Shown piece by piece: positions 32,303 to 43,475 of a stretch of 64,000 nt of DNA (the first letter of the stretch is position 1; each line of letters starts with the position of its first letter). Source of the stretch: Cyanophora paradoxa CCMP329. Lineage: Eukaryota > Plantae > Glaucophyta. The notes under the pieces were generated by a model that ran no database searches, was not told the DNA's origin, and saw only the letters and a program-made list of their open reading frames with translations. Location: the NCBI GenBank assembly GCA_004431415.1, contig QPMI01000581.1, positions 1 to 64,000 on the forward strand. Direction: 5' to 3'. Both the position numbers and the translations under genes were made by a program.

Positions 32303-32487
32303 TATACTTGCTCAATACTTCTCTTTTTATTTTTTCGATCTCCAAGTAGCAGTAAACCACGGATCAGATGTAGCAACCATATGCACCTTAAACCGGGATC
32401 GTTTGGATCGATTGCAAAGTAGTTTGGTTTCGGGTGTTCTGTCCAAACCGGCTCGTCCATTATTAATATATTGAAAATAAAGTAAAG

Positions 32488-33888
32488 ATGCCCTCAGCAC
32501 AGATAGGTTTACGACCAGTCCCTAAAATCGTAAAGAAGAGCCTGAAAGAAGACCAAGGGAACATGCTACCGATCACTATTCCGGTCGAAGAGAAGAACAC
32601 GCGAATCTTAAAGAAGTCTGAGATGGTTAAAGAACTGATCCCGGAGGCATTACCTACTGAGACTGTAACGAAAGAATCGAAGATCGCGAAGAAGTTTTAC
32701 GATCCGCGCACGGGTTACAAGGGTTTCGGGGCAATGAGAAAGGAACTACCGGAGGAGGATTACAAAAAAATGAGAGAATGGTATGATAAACAGGAAGTCG
32801 TTCAGATCAACGCACCGACTCTTTCAAGAAAGAGAGATCCGATGATTCCGATTCGGCAACCTCTCGATACCTACGTAATCGATCTGCTCTTCTTCCCGGC
32901 ATACAAGAACCAAAACGACGGTTACGATACGTTCATGTCCGCGATGGAATCGACCTTACGCACCGGTTACATCATTCCGATGAGAGATAAGAGCGCTCTT
33001 ACGGCACTTGCGGCGTTTGAGCAGTTACAACGAAGAGTTCCGCGACCTATCGCTCGCATTCAGAGTGACAGCGGAAGCGAGTTCACAAATACGATGTTCA
33101 CGAATTACCTTGCTAAGAAGTTCATAGACCATCAGACAAGCGATGTCGCAGATCATCGAAGCCAAGGTAGAATCGAAGCGTTTAACAAGCAGATCAAACG
33201 ATTGATCACAAACTATTGCATAGCAAACAACACAGCCCGATTCTTTGATGTATTGGGAGACATTGAGTATAACTATAACAATACAATCCACTCAGCAACT
33301 AAGAGAAAACCAGCAGAAACGACGGAAGAGCATTACCGTGAGATTATCGGATTAGAAGATGAGAGGTTCAAGAAATCAATTGCTTACTTAGATGGCGTGA
33401 AACAGGGTATGTTTGTGAGAGTGAGAATAGAAAAGAACCCATTCGCTAAACAGGGTGTCAATTGGTCGCGAATCGTTTATACTGTCGAAGGGAGAGAGGG
33501 TTTCAAGTTTCGGTTGCGAAACCCGAACGGTGAAATGGTCGAAGGGAGGTTTGCTTTTCATGAACTGTTACCAATCAAAGGTGTTGAGTATCACGAAGCG
33601 CCCACAGTAGATGCACTCGAACAAGCGAAAGAAGAAGCCCGGGTCGATTCGGCGATTCGCAAGGAAGGCATCGAAAAAGCGGATGATGTCCCAGACGAAC
33701 CGTTAACACAAGCCAGAACCAAGAAGAAAGGTAAGGCGGAGCGTGAATTAAAGAAGTTGACCATAGCAGGAACCCAGAAACTATCAGAAGTCAACAGTCA
33801 GAGATGGTATACAGACTTCCAGACCTCAAAAGAGACATATTCAGCCCCACAAACCCGGGTAAATCTAAGATCCAGTTCCCGAAAGTAG
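32488..33888 (+). CDS. Retroviral-like (rve, DDE) integrase, element B
   Basis: VIDLLF, QSDSGSEF, QGRIEAFN, YNYNNTIHSAT. Confidence 0.95.
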   Translation: MPSAQIGLRPVPKIVKKSLKEDQGNMLPITIPVEEKNTRILKKSEMVKELIPEALPTETVTKESKIAKKFYDPRTGYKGFGAMRKELPEEDYKKMREWYDKQEVVQINAPTLSRKRDPMIPIRQPLDTYVIDLLFFPAYKNQNDGYDTFMSAMESTLRTGYIIPMRDKSALTALAAFEQLQRRVPRPIARIQSDSGSEFTNTMFTNYLAKKFIDHQTSDVADHRSQGRIEAFNKQIKRLITNYCIANNTARFFDVLGDIEYNYNNTIHSATKRKPAETTEEHYREIIGLEDERFKKSIAYLDGVKQGMFVRVRIEKNPFAKQGVNWSRIVYTVEGREGFKFRLRNPNGEMVEGRFAFHELLPIKGVEYHEAPTVDALEQAKEEARVDSAIRKEGIEKADDVPDEPLTQARTKKKGKAERELKKLTIAGTQKLSEVNSQRWYTDFQTSKETYSAPQTRVNLRSSSRK

Positions 33889-33984
33889 CCTAGATGTGTA
33901 GAGCATGCAAAGAGGATTCCGGCGATGGTCGCGGTTTCGAAAGGCGATGAGTTGGCGAAGAGTTACAGCATTTTGTATGATTTA

Positions 33985-34235
33985 ATCTCATCTCATCTCA
34001 TCTCATACTTCTTCCCCCCAGTTCTCATACTTCTTCCCCCCCAAATCTCAACTCATCTCATACTTCTTCCCCCCCCAGTTATCATCTCATCTCATACTTC
34101 TTCCCCCCCAGTTATCATATCATCTCATACTTCTCCCCCCCCAGTTCTCATCTCATACTTCTTCCCCCTATGACGTCACGACATATATACCGCATATATA
34201 CACGTGACGTCACGACATATATACCGTATATATAC
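33985..34235. repeat. Pyrimidine-rich TCATCTCATACTTCTTCCCCCC repeats followed by two TGACGTCACGACATATATACC copies
   Basis: Seen directly. Confidence 0.85.
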
Positions 34236-34365
34236 CAAAACCTCCGTATTGCCGGTTGACCAAGAAAAAAATGTTTGGAAAAATAATAAATAATATTAAA
34301 TAATATTATTATATATACATATACATATATATAATCAAAAAATCGGAAAAAATTCCCTCTTTTTT

Positions 34366-35922
34366 CTATCGTATAAATGCACCTGTTACATCGACTCTCA
34401 TGGTCGGGGAATTTATATATACCAAAGGATAAACTCGAATATATCTTGTTCTCAGTGGAAATCCTATATAGAAAACATCGTTTATTGCAAGCGGGAAGCC
34501 CCCGTTATATGATACATCCCCAGAGTTATTAGCATTATTTATATTCTCACATACAAACATTCTATTCACACCTTCATACTTGATATATGACCATGAAACC
34601 CCATCTTGCGACGTCGCAACATTGAAAGTTTTAATAAATGCAGTTGTTATACCTGAACCATATGCAATTATCGAAGCGATTTCATATGTATATGGGAATG
34701 CTATTTGCAGATACTCTGTTGGCGTTTCCCATACTCCGTTAATTGCGGATGCATTCGCTTCCCAACCAGTTAATGATGGGCGGGCTTTAAATGCCTCCTT
34801 TCCGAATTTTGCAGACGAAGCGGTAAACGCATTATCCGGCAGAAGATACCAATTAGCATCGATGGGAGGTATGTTATTGAGAGTGGATGACACATACGAT
34901 CTTACAGGGTTCTTAATCTCATAGTTTGTTACCAGCAAATCACAGAGTCTATTTATCATAGCATTATTTGCGGCAATATAAGTCTCAGTGAATGTGAGCA
35001 TATTGGGAATTTTAGAAGTATCATCAAGTGATCTAACAATATCATTCGGCAGAGGAACAGAAAGGCGGAAATATCTGTTGTATCCTTGATCAAGATTCGG
35101 AGGTAGTAACTCTTCCATCTTATCAAGAGCCGAAAGTTCACTTGCAGCCATCAACATATTTATTAATGGGCTTCCATCTGTTGAAGCAATCCATGAAAGA
35201 ATACCCCAGCTATTCACAGTCTCATAAGCATATCCGAAATACTCAGATTCTAAATATGCGTCAACCTCACCACAAGAGATACTTATAACTATAATTTCAT
35301 CATCTTCATTATAAATCTTTTTTGCATGACTATAACCACATATACTTGGGTTATTGTTTCCTGAAATTGCGCCATCAATCAGACAAGCAATAACGCCATT
35401 ATTGAAATCTACAATGCTTACAGGTGAAAAGTATGTTGGAGCAGCAGATGTAGCACGCGCTACTATTTTATTCGGCAAAAAATTGTATTTGTTATCGTTT
35501 GTGATAAATATTGGTTTCATATATTGAGTATCAAAAGATGTAATCACAATGTCTTTCAGAGAATCTTTTATCAGAGATTCACCAGTAACTGAGTAAATCG
35601 CACTTTCCAATGGTGCAACATCATATTTCGTATTAAAAAGGGCATTTTCGATGATATTTCGCGGATTCGCAAAAATCAATGGTAGTTGTGTTAGATATAT
35701 ATTATGCAAATCGTTAGCAGTTAGTTTAGGTTCATTGGGTCTTTCAGGATGTCTGATATTTAACCCAACAGCAATTATACCACCTGTGGATGTTCCGCTT
35801 ACAAGATCGACAAGATCTATTATACGTCTACCAGTTCTATTTTCAATTTCTTTTAGCAACCTTGTTATGATAATACCACGCGCACCTCCACCAGACAATG
35901 CTAAAACAATCTTCTGAGGCAT
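34366..35922 (-). CDS. Patatin-like phospholipase-discoidin fusion, element B
   Basis: Ortholog of 16825..18381, intact. Confidence 0.9.
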   Translation of the reverse strand: MPQKIVLALSGGGARGIIITRLLKEIENRTGRRIIDLVDLVSGTSTGGIIAVGLNIRHPERPNEPKLTANDLHNIYLTQLPLIFANPRNIIENALFNTKYDVAPLESAIYSVTGESLIKDSLKDIVITSFDTQYMKPIFITNDNKYNFLPNKIVARATSAAPTYFSPVSIVDFNNGVIACLIDGAISGNNNPSICGYSHAKKIYNEDDEIIVISISCGEVDAYLESEYFGYAYETVNSWGILSWIASTDGSPLINMLMAASELSALDKMEELLPPNLDQGYNRYFRLSVPLPNDIVRSLDDTSKIPNMLTFTETYIAANNAMINRLCDLLVTNYEIKNPVRSYVSSTLNNIPPIDANWYLLPDNAFTASSAKFGKEAFKARPSLTGWEANASAINGVWETPTEYLQIAFPYTYEIASIIAYGSGITTAFIKTFNVATSQDGVSWSYIKYEGVNRMFVCENINNANNSGDVSYNGGFPLAINDVFYIGFPLRTRYIRVYPLVYINSPTMRVDVTGAFIR

Positions 35923-35971
35923 CTTTACTTTATCGAAATTTAATAAATCTCTATAAGTAGAGTAACCAGGG

Positions 35972-38900
35972 ATGAGTTTTAATTATCCAGCAAATTTACA
36001 AACAATAACAGGAAGTGGTGGTAAAACAAACGCGAAACATGTGAATTTCGATAATATCACCATCAAAGGGTCGGCTTCTATCGATCAGAGCGCCGATAAA
36101 CCCAGTAAGACGCAATCCAGAGAGCATGCTTTATCGCTGAATCAGACAGACCCAAACAGAGAAGATGTTAGTATTGCTTTCAGTTTGGGAGATGTTAAAA
36201 AAAATGAAGTTGCCGAAATTAAAGCAACAAGAAGACAACGAAAACTTAAAACAAGTAAAACCCATCCCGATATTCCGACACGTTTCGATAGCGGGCGATT
36301 AGTATTTAATGTTCAGGATGAGAAAGGTAAACAAAATACAGGTCTCAGAATTTATAATGAAGGCAGCACACCAATTGTCGAGTCATCAGAAATCTTACAA
36401 ATAGGTTCTTTTCCTAATGCAAATCAAGTATGTATCACTAATGATGTTTACCCAAAAGATATTACTTATGATTTTGCGAAAAATGAACCTTTTGGGTTCT
36501 TTACTCCGAAAGATGTTCACGAAAAGAAACCGTCAATAACCATAAATAGTAGTCCCACTCAACCAGTAGCTATACATTTACATCCAGATCTTGTCGAAAT
36601 GGATCGGCATTTACTACCTTTGGTCACAAACACCAAAGACCTTGGTATAAGAACCCGACAATGGCGAAATATTCATGGTAGTAATGTTTATGCAAACGGT
36701 GAGAAACTTGTTAGTGAGAAGACCATCAGAGAAATATTCGAACATTACGGACCTGTTCCGGTTCCCTTTCCACTTCCATGGGATCCACCAGATCTGACAC
36801 CAAAGAAAGAACCAGGAAGAGAATACACAGCAGATGAAACGGTTGCGTTTGGTCAACATTTAGTTAGTTGGGAAAAAGTTTATAATAAACCAGTTTTTAA
36901 AGATTACAAACCGCCCGCTGAGGAACTCTTAGCACCAGATATTAATGTAATCCCTCTCGAACATAAAGAATGTGAAGACGTGGAAGAATTGCCGGATGGA
37001 TTTGATCCTAACCATATGTTATATGATCGTTACGAACCTTTCGATGAACAACTTTTACCAGATGGATTAAATCCACCTAACATAGATTACGAACAACCAC
37101 ATATACCAGATGAAGAGTTATTACCAGACGGATTACAGCCGGGTTTTTTCGATTTTACCGTAGATTGGAGGGATATTATTAACAAACCCGAAACATTTCC
37201 ACCAGATCCCCACGAACACGAATGGGATGACATTCTAAACAAACCGGAAAGATTCCCACCGACAGAGCATAGGCACGATTGGGAAGATTTAGATAACATA
37301 CCTACTGAGTTTCCGCCAGCAGATCACAGGCATAATTGGGACGAAATCGACGAACAGCCTACTTTTGCATCAGCAGGAAATGTATTAACAGATTTTCAAC
37401 ATGGCGTAAGTCTTTATAGAAATATTAACATAGAAGAAAGATTACAATTAAATGACCACTACCTTAATCGCATGGGAATAGAAGCAGGCACAGGTATGGA
37501 AGCCGAATTATACATTAGACCACCCAGAAGAGAGGGGATTTTACCAATTAATGGTAATTTTGGTTTGTATGAGACGAAACCCGGAATTTATTTAACAAGC
37601 TTCTATCCTGAGGACATCCCGATGACAGAAGTATTACCTCCTATACCGTCGCTTCCATTAGATCCAAACAGTTATGATAACAAAGACGCAGCAATACAAA
37701 TTAATGTTACAGATGTAAGCGATTTTGACCAATCGAGACCGAAATTAGTATTTAGTCGGCAGCGTCTTTTACCTAATACTTTTATAGGAGATCGAGATGA
37801 TTATAGAAGATGTGAGGTAGCATGGATAAAAACAAATTATAATGGTGGAGTTGGTGAAGGTTTATTAGAAATCAATCAAAGAGCAAGCGCCAAAAACATA
37901 CACAATGAAGATATTTCAAGAGTGGTAACAGAAGATTATTTAGAAGAACAGGGATATATAGATGAGGGAGAGCTTACTAATATTCTTTCATTATTCGTGA
38001 TAAAAAATGATACAAACCTTACAGTCACAAGTAACATTTATACAAGTAACATTTCAGCAAGTAACATATGGGCAAGTAACATATGGACAAGTAACATATG
38101 GGCAAGTAATATTTATGGAAGTAACATTTACACCAGTAACCTTTGGGCAAGTAATCTTTATTCCAGCAACTTAGTCGTCGATTATTTGACTGTGAATATA
38201 GAAGCAAACCTACCACATCATCCCACTTCTAATGTTGTTTTAGATTGGATAGCAAACCACACCCATACCAAAGATGAGATCGAGGATTTTGCCCATAGGC
38301 ACATGTGGAGCGAAATAGATGACCAGCCTAAGTTTGCATCAGCAGGTGATGTATTCGACACCACACATGGTGTTACTCTCTATCAAAGTAATACCATACC
38401 AGAGAGATTAAGATTAGATGAATATTATGTGAATCGAAAAGGAATAGATGCAGGCACCACAATGGAAGGCGAATTATACATTAGACCCCCCACAAGAATG
38501 CAGATGATTGCAGCAGGCGGAAATTTCGGTTTGATGGACACCAAACCAGGTATCTATCTGACAAGCTACTATGCTGATGACATCCCAATGACAGATAGTT
38601 TAATATTATCGCTTCCATCTGATCCAGCAAACTATGATGACAAAGATGCAGCAATCCAAATTAATGTTACTGATGTAAGTGACTTAGATAGTTCAAGACC
38701 CAAATTAATATTCACCAGAGAGAGATTGTTACCAAATGCTCTTATTGGAAATCGAGATGACTACAAGAGATGCGAGATATCATGGATAAAAACAAATTAT
38801 AATGATGGAGTTGGTGAGGGTCTCTTAGAAATCAATCAGAGAGCCTCAGCGAAAAACATCCACAATGAAACAATTTCAAGAATTGTTACAGAAGATTACC

Positions 38901-40156
38901 TACAAGCCCAGAACTACATAGATGAAACAGAACTTGATACAATCATTGCAGGTATAAATATTGGTGTAACAGGTGATTACCTTCCGCTAACAGGTGGGAT
39001 TATTGATGGAACAGTAACGGCATGTAACTTTTTTGTCCATACTGAATGTAATCAAACCTTCCCTGTGGTTCATCCAGGAGGTGAGTATGTGATACCTGAC
39101 GATCCAGCTATTATGCCTATAAAGATTGATCTACCATCTGATTATGTAGGAAGGGGAGAGCTAAAAACCATTTCTTTCACAGGAGACTACAATGATCTAA
39201 TTAATAAACCCACCGCAGCAAATCTACATCCTGTTGCATTTTCAGGTAGTTTCCTCGACCTTAATAATAGATCACACACCCATACAAAGGCAGAAATCAC
39301 AGATTTTGCACACACTCACACCAAATCCCAAATCACAGATTTTGCACACACCCATACCCGAGCAGATATTACTAATTTCGCTCACACTCATGTTAAATCA
39401 GAGATATTAGATCTCGGAAATGTTGCTTATGTAGGTCACACCCACACTAAGGCAGAGATTACAGATCTTGGAAATGTTGCGTATGTAGGTCACACCCACA
39501 CAAAGGCAGAGATTACAGATTTTGCACACACTCATGATTGGAATACAGATATTTATAACAAACCAGCGATTTTTTCGGGCAACTACAATGACCTGACCAA
39601 TAGACCAACTCTTGATCCTTTCACAGCCACCACAATCAGAGCCAACAACACAATGTATGTAGGATCAGGTCAGATTGTAGAACCAGCAGGACCTATGTTT
39701 GAAGAAACATGGTTCTTCCACAATTCGCAGAATTACTTTGATAAAACCTTACTTGTTCGTGGAAATGCCTATGCAAGAAATTTCTATGCTATGAACCCCT
39801 CAAATAATGCGACCATCAGTCGATGTATTACAGAGGCAGATCTTTCCAGTCAACTCAATGCATATTTTAATGGGAAAATCCAAGCAGGAACGTATGTTTA
39901 CACTACTCCTTATCTTTGGGCAAATCCTGACCATAGGTTTAACCTCACTATTAATTTCAACAGCAGCTTTGCTAACCCTCCTATTGTAACAACTGGTATA
40001 CAACACAATGAGACAGCCTACTACTATCGAATGTATGTTAGGCTTAAACAAGTTTACAGTAGCTATTTCACTTGTGAGCTTGACATAGTTCCATTAAGTT
40101 CTTTTGACAGACCAGGATTTCCAGTTACAATTCATTACATTGCTGTCGCAATTTAA
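35972..40156 (+). CDS. Large phage-like tail fibre, element B (1394 aa, internal domain duplication)
   Basis: HxH repeats, SNIW(A/T) pentapeptide repeats; C-terminal ~400 aa nearly identical to A. Confidence 0.85.
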   Translation: MSFNYPANLQTITGSGGKTNAKHVNFDNITIKGSASIDQSADKPSKTQSREHALSLNQTDPNREDVSIAFSLGDVKKNEVAEIKATRRQRKLKTSKTHPDIPTRFDSGRLVFNVQDEKGKQNTGLRIYNEGSTPIVESSEILQIGSFPNANQVCITNDVYPKDITYDFAKNEPFGFFTPKDVHEKKPSITINSSPTQPVAIHLHPDLVEMDRHLLPLVTNTKDLGIRTRQWRNIHGSNVYANGEKLVSEKTIREIFEHYGPVPVPFPLPWDPPDLTPKKEPGREYTADETVAFGQHLVSWEKVYNKPVFKDYKPPAEELLAPDINVIPLEHKECEDVEELPDGFDPNHMLYDRYEPFDEQLLPDGLNPPNIDYEQPHIPDEELLPDGLQPGFFDFTVDWRDIINKPETFPPDPHEHEWDDILNKPERFPPTEHRHDWEDLDNIPTEFPPADHRHNWDEIDEQPTFASAGNVLTDFQHGVSLYRNINIEERLQLNDHYLNRMGIEAGTGMEAELYIRPPRREGILPINGNFGLYETKPGIYLTSFYPEDIPMTEVLPPIPSLPLDPNSYDNKDAAIQINVTDVSDFDQSRPKLVFSRQRLLPNTFIGDRDDYRRCEVAWIKTNYNGGVGEGLLEINQRASAKNIHNEDISRVVTEDYLEEQGYIDEGELTNILSLFVIKNDTNLTVTSNIYTSNISASNIWASNIWTSNIWASNIYGSNIYTSNLWASNLYSSNLVVDYLTVNIEANLPHHPTSNVVLDWIANHTHTKDEIEDFAHRHMWSEIDDQPKFASAGDVFDTTHGVTLYQSNTIPERLRLDEYYVNRKGIDAGTTMEGELYIRPPTRMQMIAAGGNFGLMDTKPGIYLTSYYADDIPMTDSLILSLPSDPANYDDKDAAIQINVTDVSDLDSSRPKLIFTRERLLPNALIGNRDDYKRCEISWIKTNYNDGVGEGLLEINQRASAKNIHNETISRIVTEDYLQAQNYIDETELDTIIAGINIGVTGDYLPLTGGIIDGTVTACNFFVHTECNQTFPVVHPGGEYVIPDDPAIMPIKIDLPSDYVGRGELKTISFTGDYNDLINKPTAANLHPVAFSGSFLDLNNRSHTHTKAEITDFAHTHTKSQITDFAHTHTRADITNFAHTHVKSEILDLGNVAYVGHTHTKAEITDLGNVAYVGHTHTKAEITDFAHTHDWNTDIYNKPAIFSGNYNDLTNRPTLDPFTATTIRANNTMYVGSGQIVEPAGPMFEETWFFHNSQNYFDKTLLVRGNAYARNFYAMNPSNNATISRCITEADLSSQLNAYFNGKIQAGTYVYTTPYLWANPDHRFNLTINFNSSFANPPIVTTGIQHNETAYYYRMYVRLKQVYSSYFTCELDIVPLSSFDRPGFPVTIHYIAVAI

Positions 40157-40175
40157 CTATTTCGTAATTATAAAG

Positions 40176-41246
40176 ATGACCTCTCTATTAGAAATCCCAA
40201 ATTATGAACTTGCAGCCAAATCACTCCATAGCACCTCTCATGGAGTAGTTGATTCAACACCTGGGTATATTTGCACTGAAACTTCAAGTAATACCTCTTT
40301 CACAGAGAATAATATACTCAGAGTCAAAGAGATTAGATGTGATCGAAATGGAGGCAAGATTAGAACCACAGGCATTATAATCTCGAATAAAAATCAAGTC
40401 CAATCAGGTCAGGTAGTCCCGGATTCAGCAATATATGATAATGTGGGTGGAGTCACCACAGCACAGATAGTGACTTTTGGGAACACAAGCAATAATTCCG
40501 CTCTTGTAGTCAAGAGTGGAGGAGCCTACATTGGTGATGGAGCAATTGTGGTGGGGACTGTCACAGCAAATCAATTTAATGTGAATGGAACAAGTTCATT
40601 TACAGGATTGATGACCTTCAATGGTGGACTCTCGGGAACTGTTAGCGTTGAAACTCGAAAAGCAACCACAAGAGTTCAAACACCTGAGATAGACAATGGG
40701 ACAAATGTGAATATGAATTACAAACGAAACGGAGATACCATTTTCACTCTCGAAAAGACAATAACAGATCTGAATGTAATCACAATCCCGGAAAATAGTG
40801 GTCTGAAACGAACCTATTGTCCAAGAATGAATATATCAAGACAAGCTCCTGGTATGACAGGGACAGTAATACTTAACAATGCAACAGCATTTTCCTTTAC
40901 AGGTGGAGCTTATTTTGTAAACAATGAGGGAAACTTTGCATCCACAAAATTTACAGCTCCTGTTTCCGGAGTATATAGGGTGTTCTTTGCATGTATGAGA
41001 GCTGGCACAACCTCTTATACTCATATTGCTACCAGCATTTATTTAAATGGAAATCCTACAACCCTCCAAACAAGGGTTTCAATGCCGTCCGCGGGGATTT
41101 CTAATACATTTGTAACTCCAATTTCATTTGAAGTTTTACTTTCTCTTATTCAAGGTGACTCCTTTGATATGCGCAATAGTTCTGGTGCCACTCTTCAATT
41201 TGATATCAGATACTATCTTTCTTGTGATCTTGTTAGTGCTACATAA
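40176..41246 (+). CDS. Fibre paralog 1 (C1q-like), element B
   Basis: Ortholog of 12432..13502. Confidence 0.75.
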   Translation: MTSLLEIPNYELAAKSLHSTSHGVVDSTPGYICTETSSNTSFTENNILRVKEIRCDRNGGKIRTTGIIISNKNQVQSGQVVPDSAIYDNVGGVTTAQIVTFGNTSNNSALVVKSGGAYIGDGAIVVGTVTANQFNVNGTSSFTGLMTFNGGLSGTVSVETRKATTRVQTPEIDNGTNVNMNYKRNGDTIFTLEKTITDLNVITIPENSGLKRTYCPRMNISRQAPGMTGTVILNNATAFSFTGGAYFVNNEGNFASTKFTAPVSGVYRVFFACMRAGTTSYTHIATSIYLNGNPTTLQTRVSMPSAGISNTFVTPISFEVLLSLIQGDSFDMRNSSGATLQFDIRYYLSCDLVSAT

Positions 41247-41268
41247 TATTATCTGTATAGTATAAAGA

Positions 41269-42290
41269 ATGTCTACACAAATTGCTGTTCCTGTTTTCTG
41301 TTATGCCGCCCCAAAAATACATCAACTGAACCATACAGTAACAGATGCAACACCTGGGTTTATTTGCACAGAAACAACAGGGGCTGATTCGTTTTCACAG
41401 AACTCTGTGATTAGATGTAAAGAAATTCGATGTGATCGCAATGGGGGAAAAGTGAGAACCACAGGTCTCATTGTATCTAACAAGAACCAAGTCCAATCAG
41501 GTCAAATTGTTTCAGATACAGCAATTTATGACAATGTGGGAGGGTTCACCACACCCAAAATAGTTACTTTTGATAATACAATTAATAATGCTGCTCTTTC
41601 AGTTAGAAGTGGAGGGGCATATATTGGAGATGGGGCAAGGATTGATGGAACTCTAACAGCCAATCAAGTGAACATTACAGGAACAAGCACATTTACAGGT
41701 TCAGTAACAGCCCATGGAGGCATAAGTATTCCAGAAACAACACAATCGATAATAACAGCAACTTCCAAGGTGGTTACACCTGAGATCGATACAGGAGCAA
41801 ATGTGAATCTTGTTTTGAAACGCAACAGTGATATTGTGGCTACTCTGGAAACCAATCGCTTGACAATTAATACAAATTGTTATTTAAAATATGACTATCA
41901 GCCTCGATTTTCTGTTCAACTTAATTATCCTCATGTTGCTACCAGTGAAACTGCACTTATCAATTGGGGAGTAGTGTTTCTGAATAATAGGGATGGATTC
42001 AATGTGACTAATGGAAGGTTCACAGCTCCTGTTGCGGGTCATTACAGATTTACAGCATATACCCACTCAACATCAAGTAATCCAATAAGTCTCTCTTTAA
42101 AAGTAAATGACCAAGACCCAGGGGTCAAAGTATTATAACACAAAATAACTCCACTCTCACGAATAAACCGCTTTACATTAGTGTAATTCTCAACATTGCT
42201 ATGGGTGAGTATGTAACACTTGTAACAAATAATGGGGGTAGCTACACAAATCGAACAACATTCACAGGTGAGCTTCTCAGTCTCACATAA
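41269..42290 (+). CDS. Fibre paralog 2 (C1q-like), element B; frameshift in a G run near 42121
   Basis: Ortholog of 11388..12409. Confidence 0.75.
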
Positions 42291-42311
42291 TTTTCTCTCT
42301 ATAAAATAGGA

Positions 42312-42578
42312 ATGTCGAATATATACCAAGTGGCTCTCTCAGATATTGAAAAGTTGGGAATGGAATATTGCGCTGCTTCTGTTCAGGATTGGATTGATAA
42401 TGTTGTTCATAACAGGGCAAGAATCGCAATCGATGATATTGTTCAAAAAGAAATTCAATCTTGCATCTCATCAGGAGTTCAGATACCAACCTCTAAGGAA
42501 GCGATTGTATTACAGGCATTCCAAAGGGGAACTGTAAAGAAAGGCATCGAGTATAACAATGTCACAGAAGAGCAATGA
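42312..42578 (+). CDS. Small phage-type fibre-associated protein, element B
   Basis: Ortholog of 11099..11365. Confidence 0.6.
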   Translation: MSNIYQVALSDIEKLGMEYCAASVQDWIDNVVHNRARIAIDDIVQKEIQSCISSGVQIPTSKEAIVLQAFQRGTVKKGIEYNNVTEEQ

Positions 42579-42613
42579 ACATTATTTTTCTTTCCTTCTT
42601 AGTAAAAGAAGCA

Positions 42614-43456
42614 ATGGGTGAATACAATCGTGTGCAATTGCCCGTTTACGCTTTGGGATCGCCCGCCGTCCACTTTCGACAACATGAGGTAGCCGACGAA
42701 ATCCGTGGTGTGGAATCTACGGAACGCGCTAATTCCGCGAATGCATTCGATAAAAACAGTATGATACGTGTGAAAGAACTACGAGCCGACAAGAATTCGG
42801 GAGTGGTTAAAACGACTCAGCTTCTTGTAACAAATGCAAATTTTAACGCGGGTATTGGGCAACCTGATGCATGGGGTGTGGATATTAGAACGTTAGATTT
42901 TGACGGAGAACGTGCCGCCGCTGTTGTCCGATCAGGTGGCGCTGTTATTGGTGGAGGTTGTCGTGTGTCGGGTATGCTTGCATCCTCTGTTGCTGTTACC
43001 GATATTCCCGATACTCTACCTGAGCATGCGGAGAATCCGCAACGTATCCGTATGTATACCCCATGTGGAGATTATCCGTATGTGTTTGGAATGGTCAGAG
43101 TTGGGGTAGATAACGTAAATGCAACACAACCCGATGGAATTATGGGAAATTGGTTATTACCAAATATTGCTATTCCTAAATCTATTGAGTCTATATGTCG
43201 TTCACAAAATGGTATTATCGGACCGGCTTATACTTTCTTTGTTCAGGGAATCGGACGCGGTAGAGGTTGGGTGGAATTCGACAACCAGAACCCCGCTACG
43301 TTTAATGTTTGGACGACAGAAGTAGGAGGTTACGATATTCTCATTTTCGGAATGCGAACAGATCCAGCGGCTGTGGCGGCTACACGTGGTCTCAATCCCG
43401 ATAACAACCTAAATAACTTCTACGATGATCCGTTCCCAGGTGATCCCACACCATAA
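42614..43456 (+). CDS. Fibre/spike paralog 3, element B
   Basis: Ortholog of 10209..11063 with divergent C-terminal half. Confidence 0.6.
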   Translation: MGEYNRVQLPVYALGSPAVHFRQHEVADEIRGVESTERANSANAFDKNSMIRVKELRADKNSGVVKTTQLLVTNANFNAGIGQPDAWGVDIRTLDFDGERAAAVVRSGGAVIGGGCRVSGMLASSVAVTDIPDTLPEHAENPQRIRMYTPCGDYPYVFGMVRVGVDNVNATQPDGIMGNWLLPNIAIPKSIESICRSQNGIIGPAYTFFVQGIGRGRGWVEFDNQNPATFNVWTTEVGGYDILIFGMRTDPAAVAATRGLNPDNNLNNFYDDPFPGDPTP

Positions 43457-43475
43457 TTATGTTTCAATATATTAA

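Noticed and set aside
33925-34173. 82-aa Pro/Ser-rich ORF
   Set aside because: Translation of a low-complexity repeat
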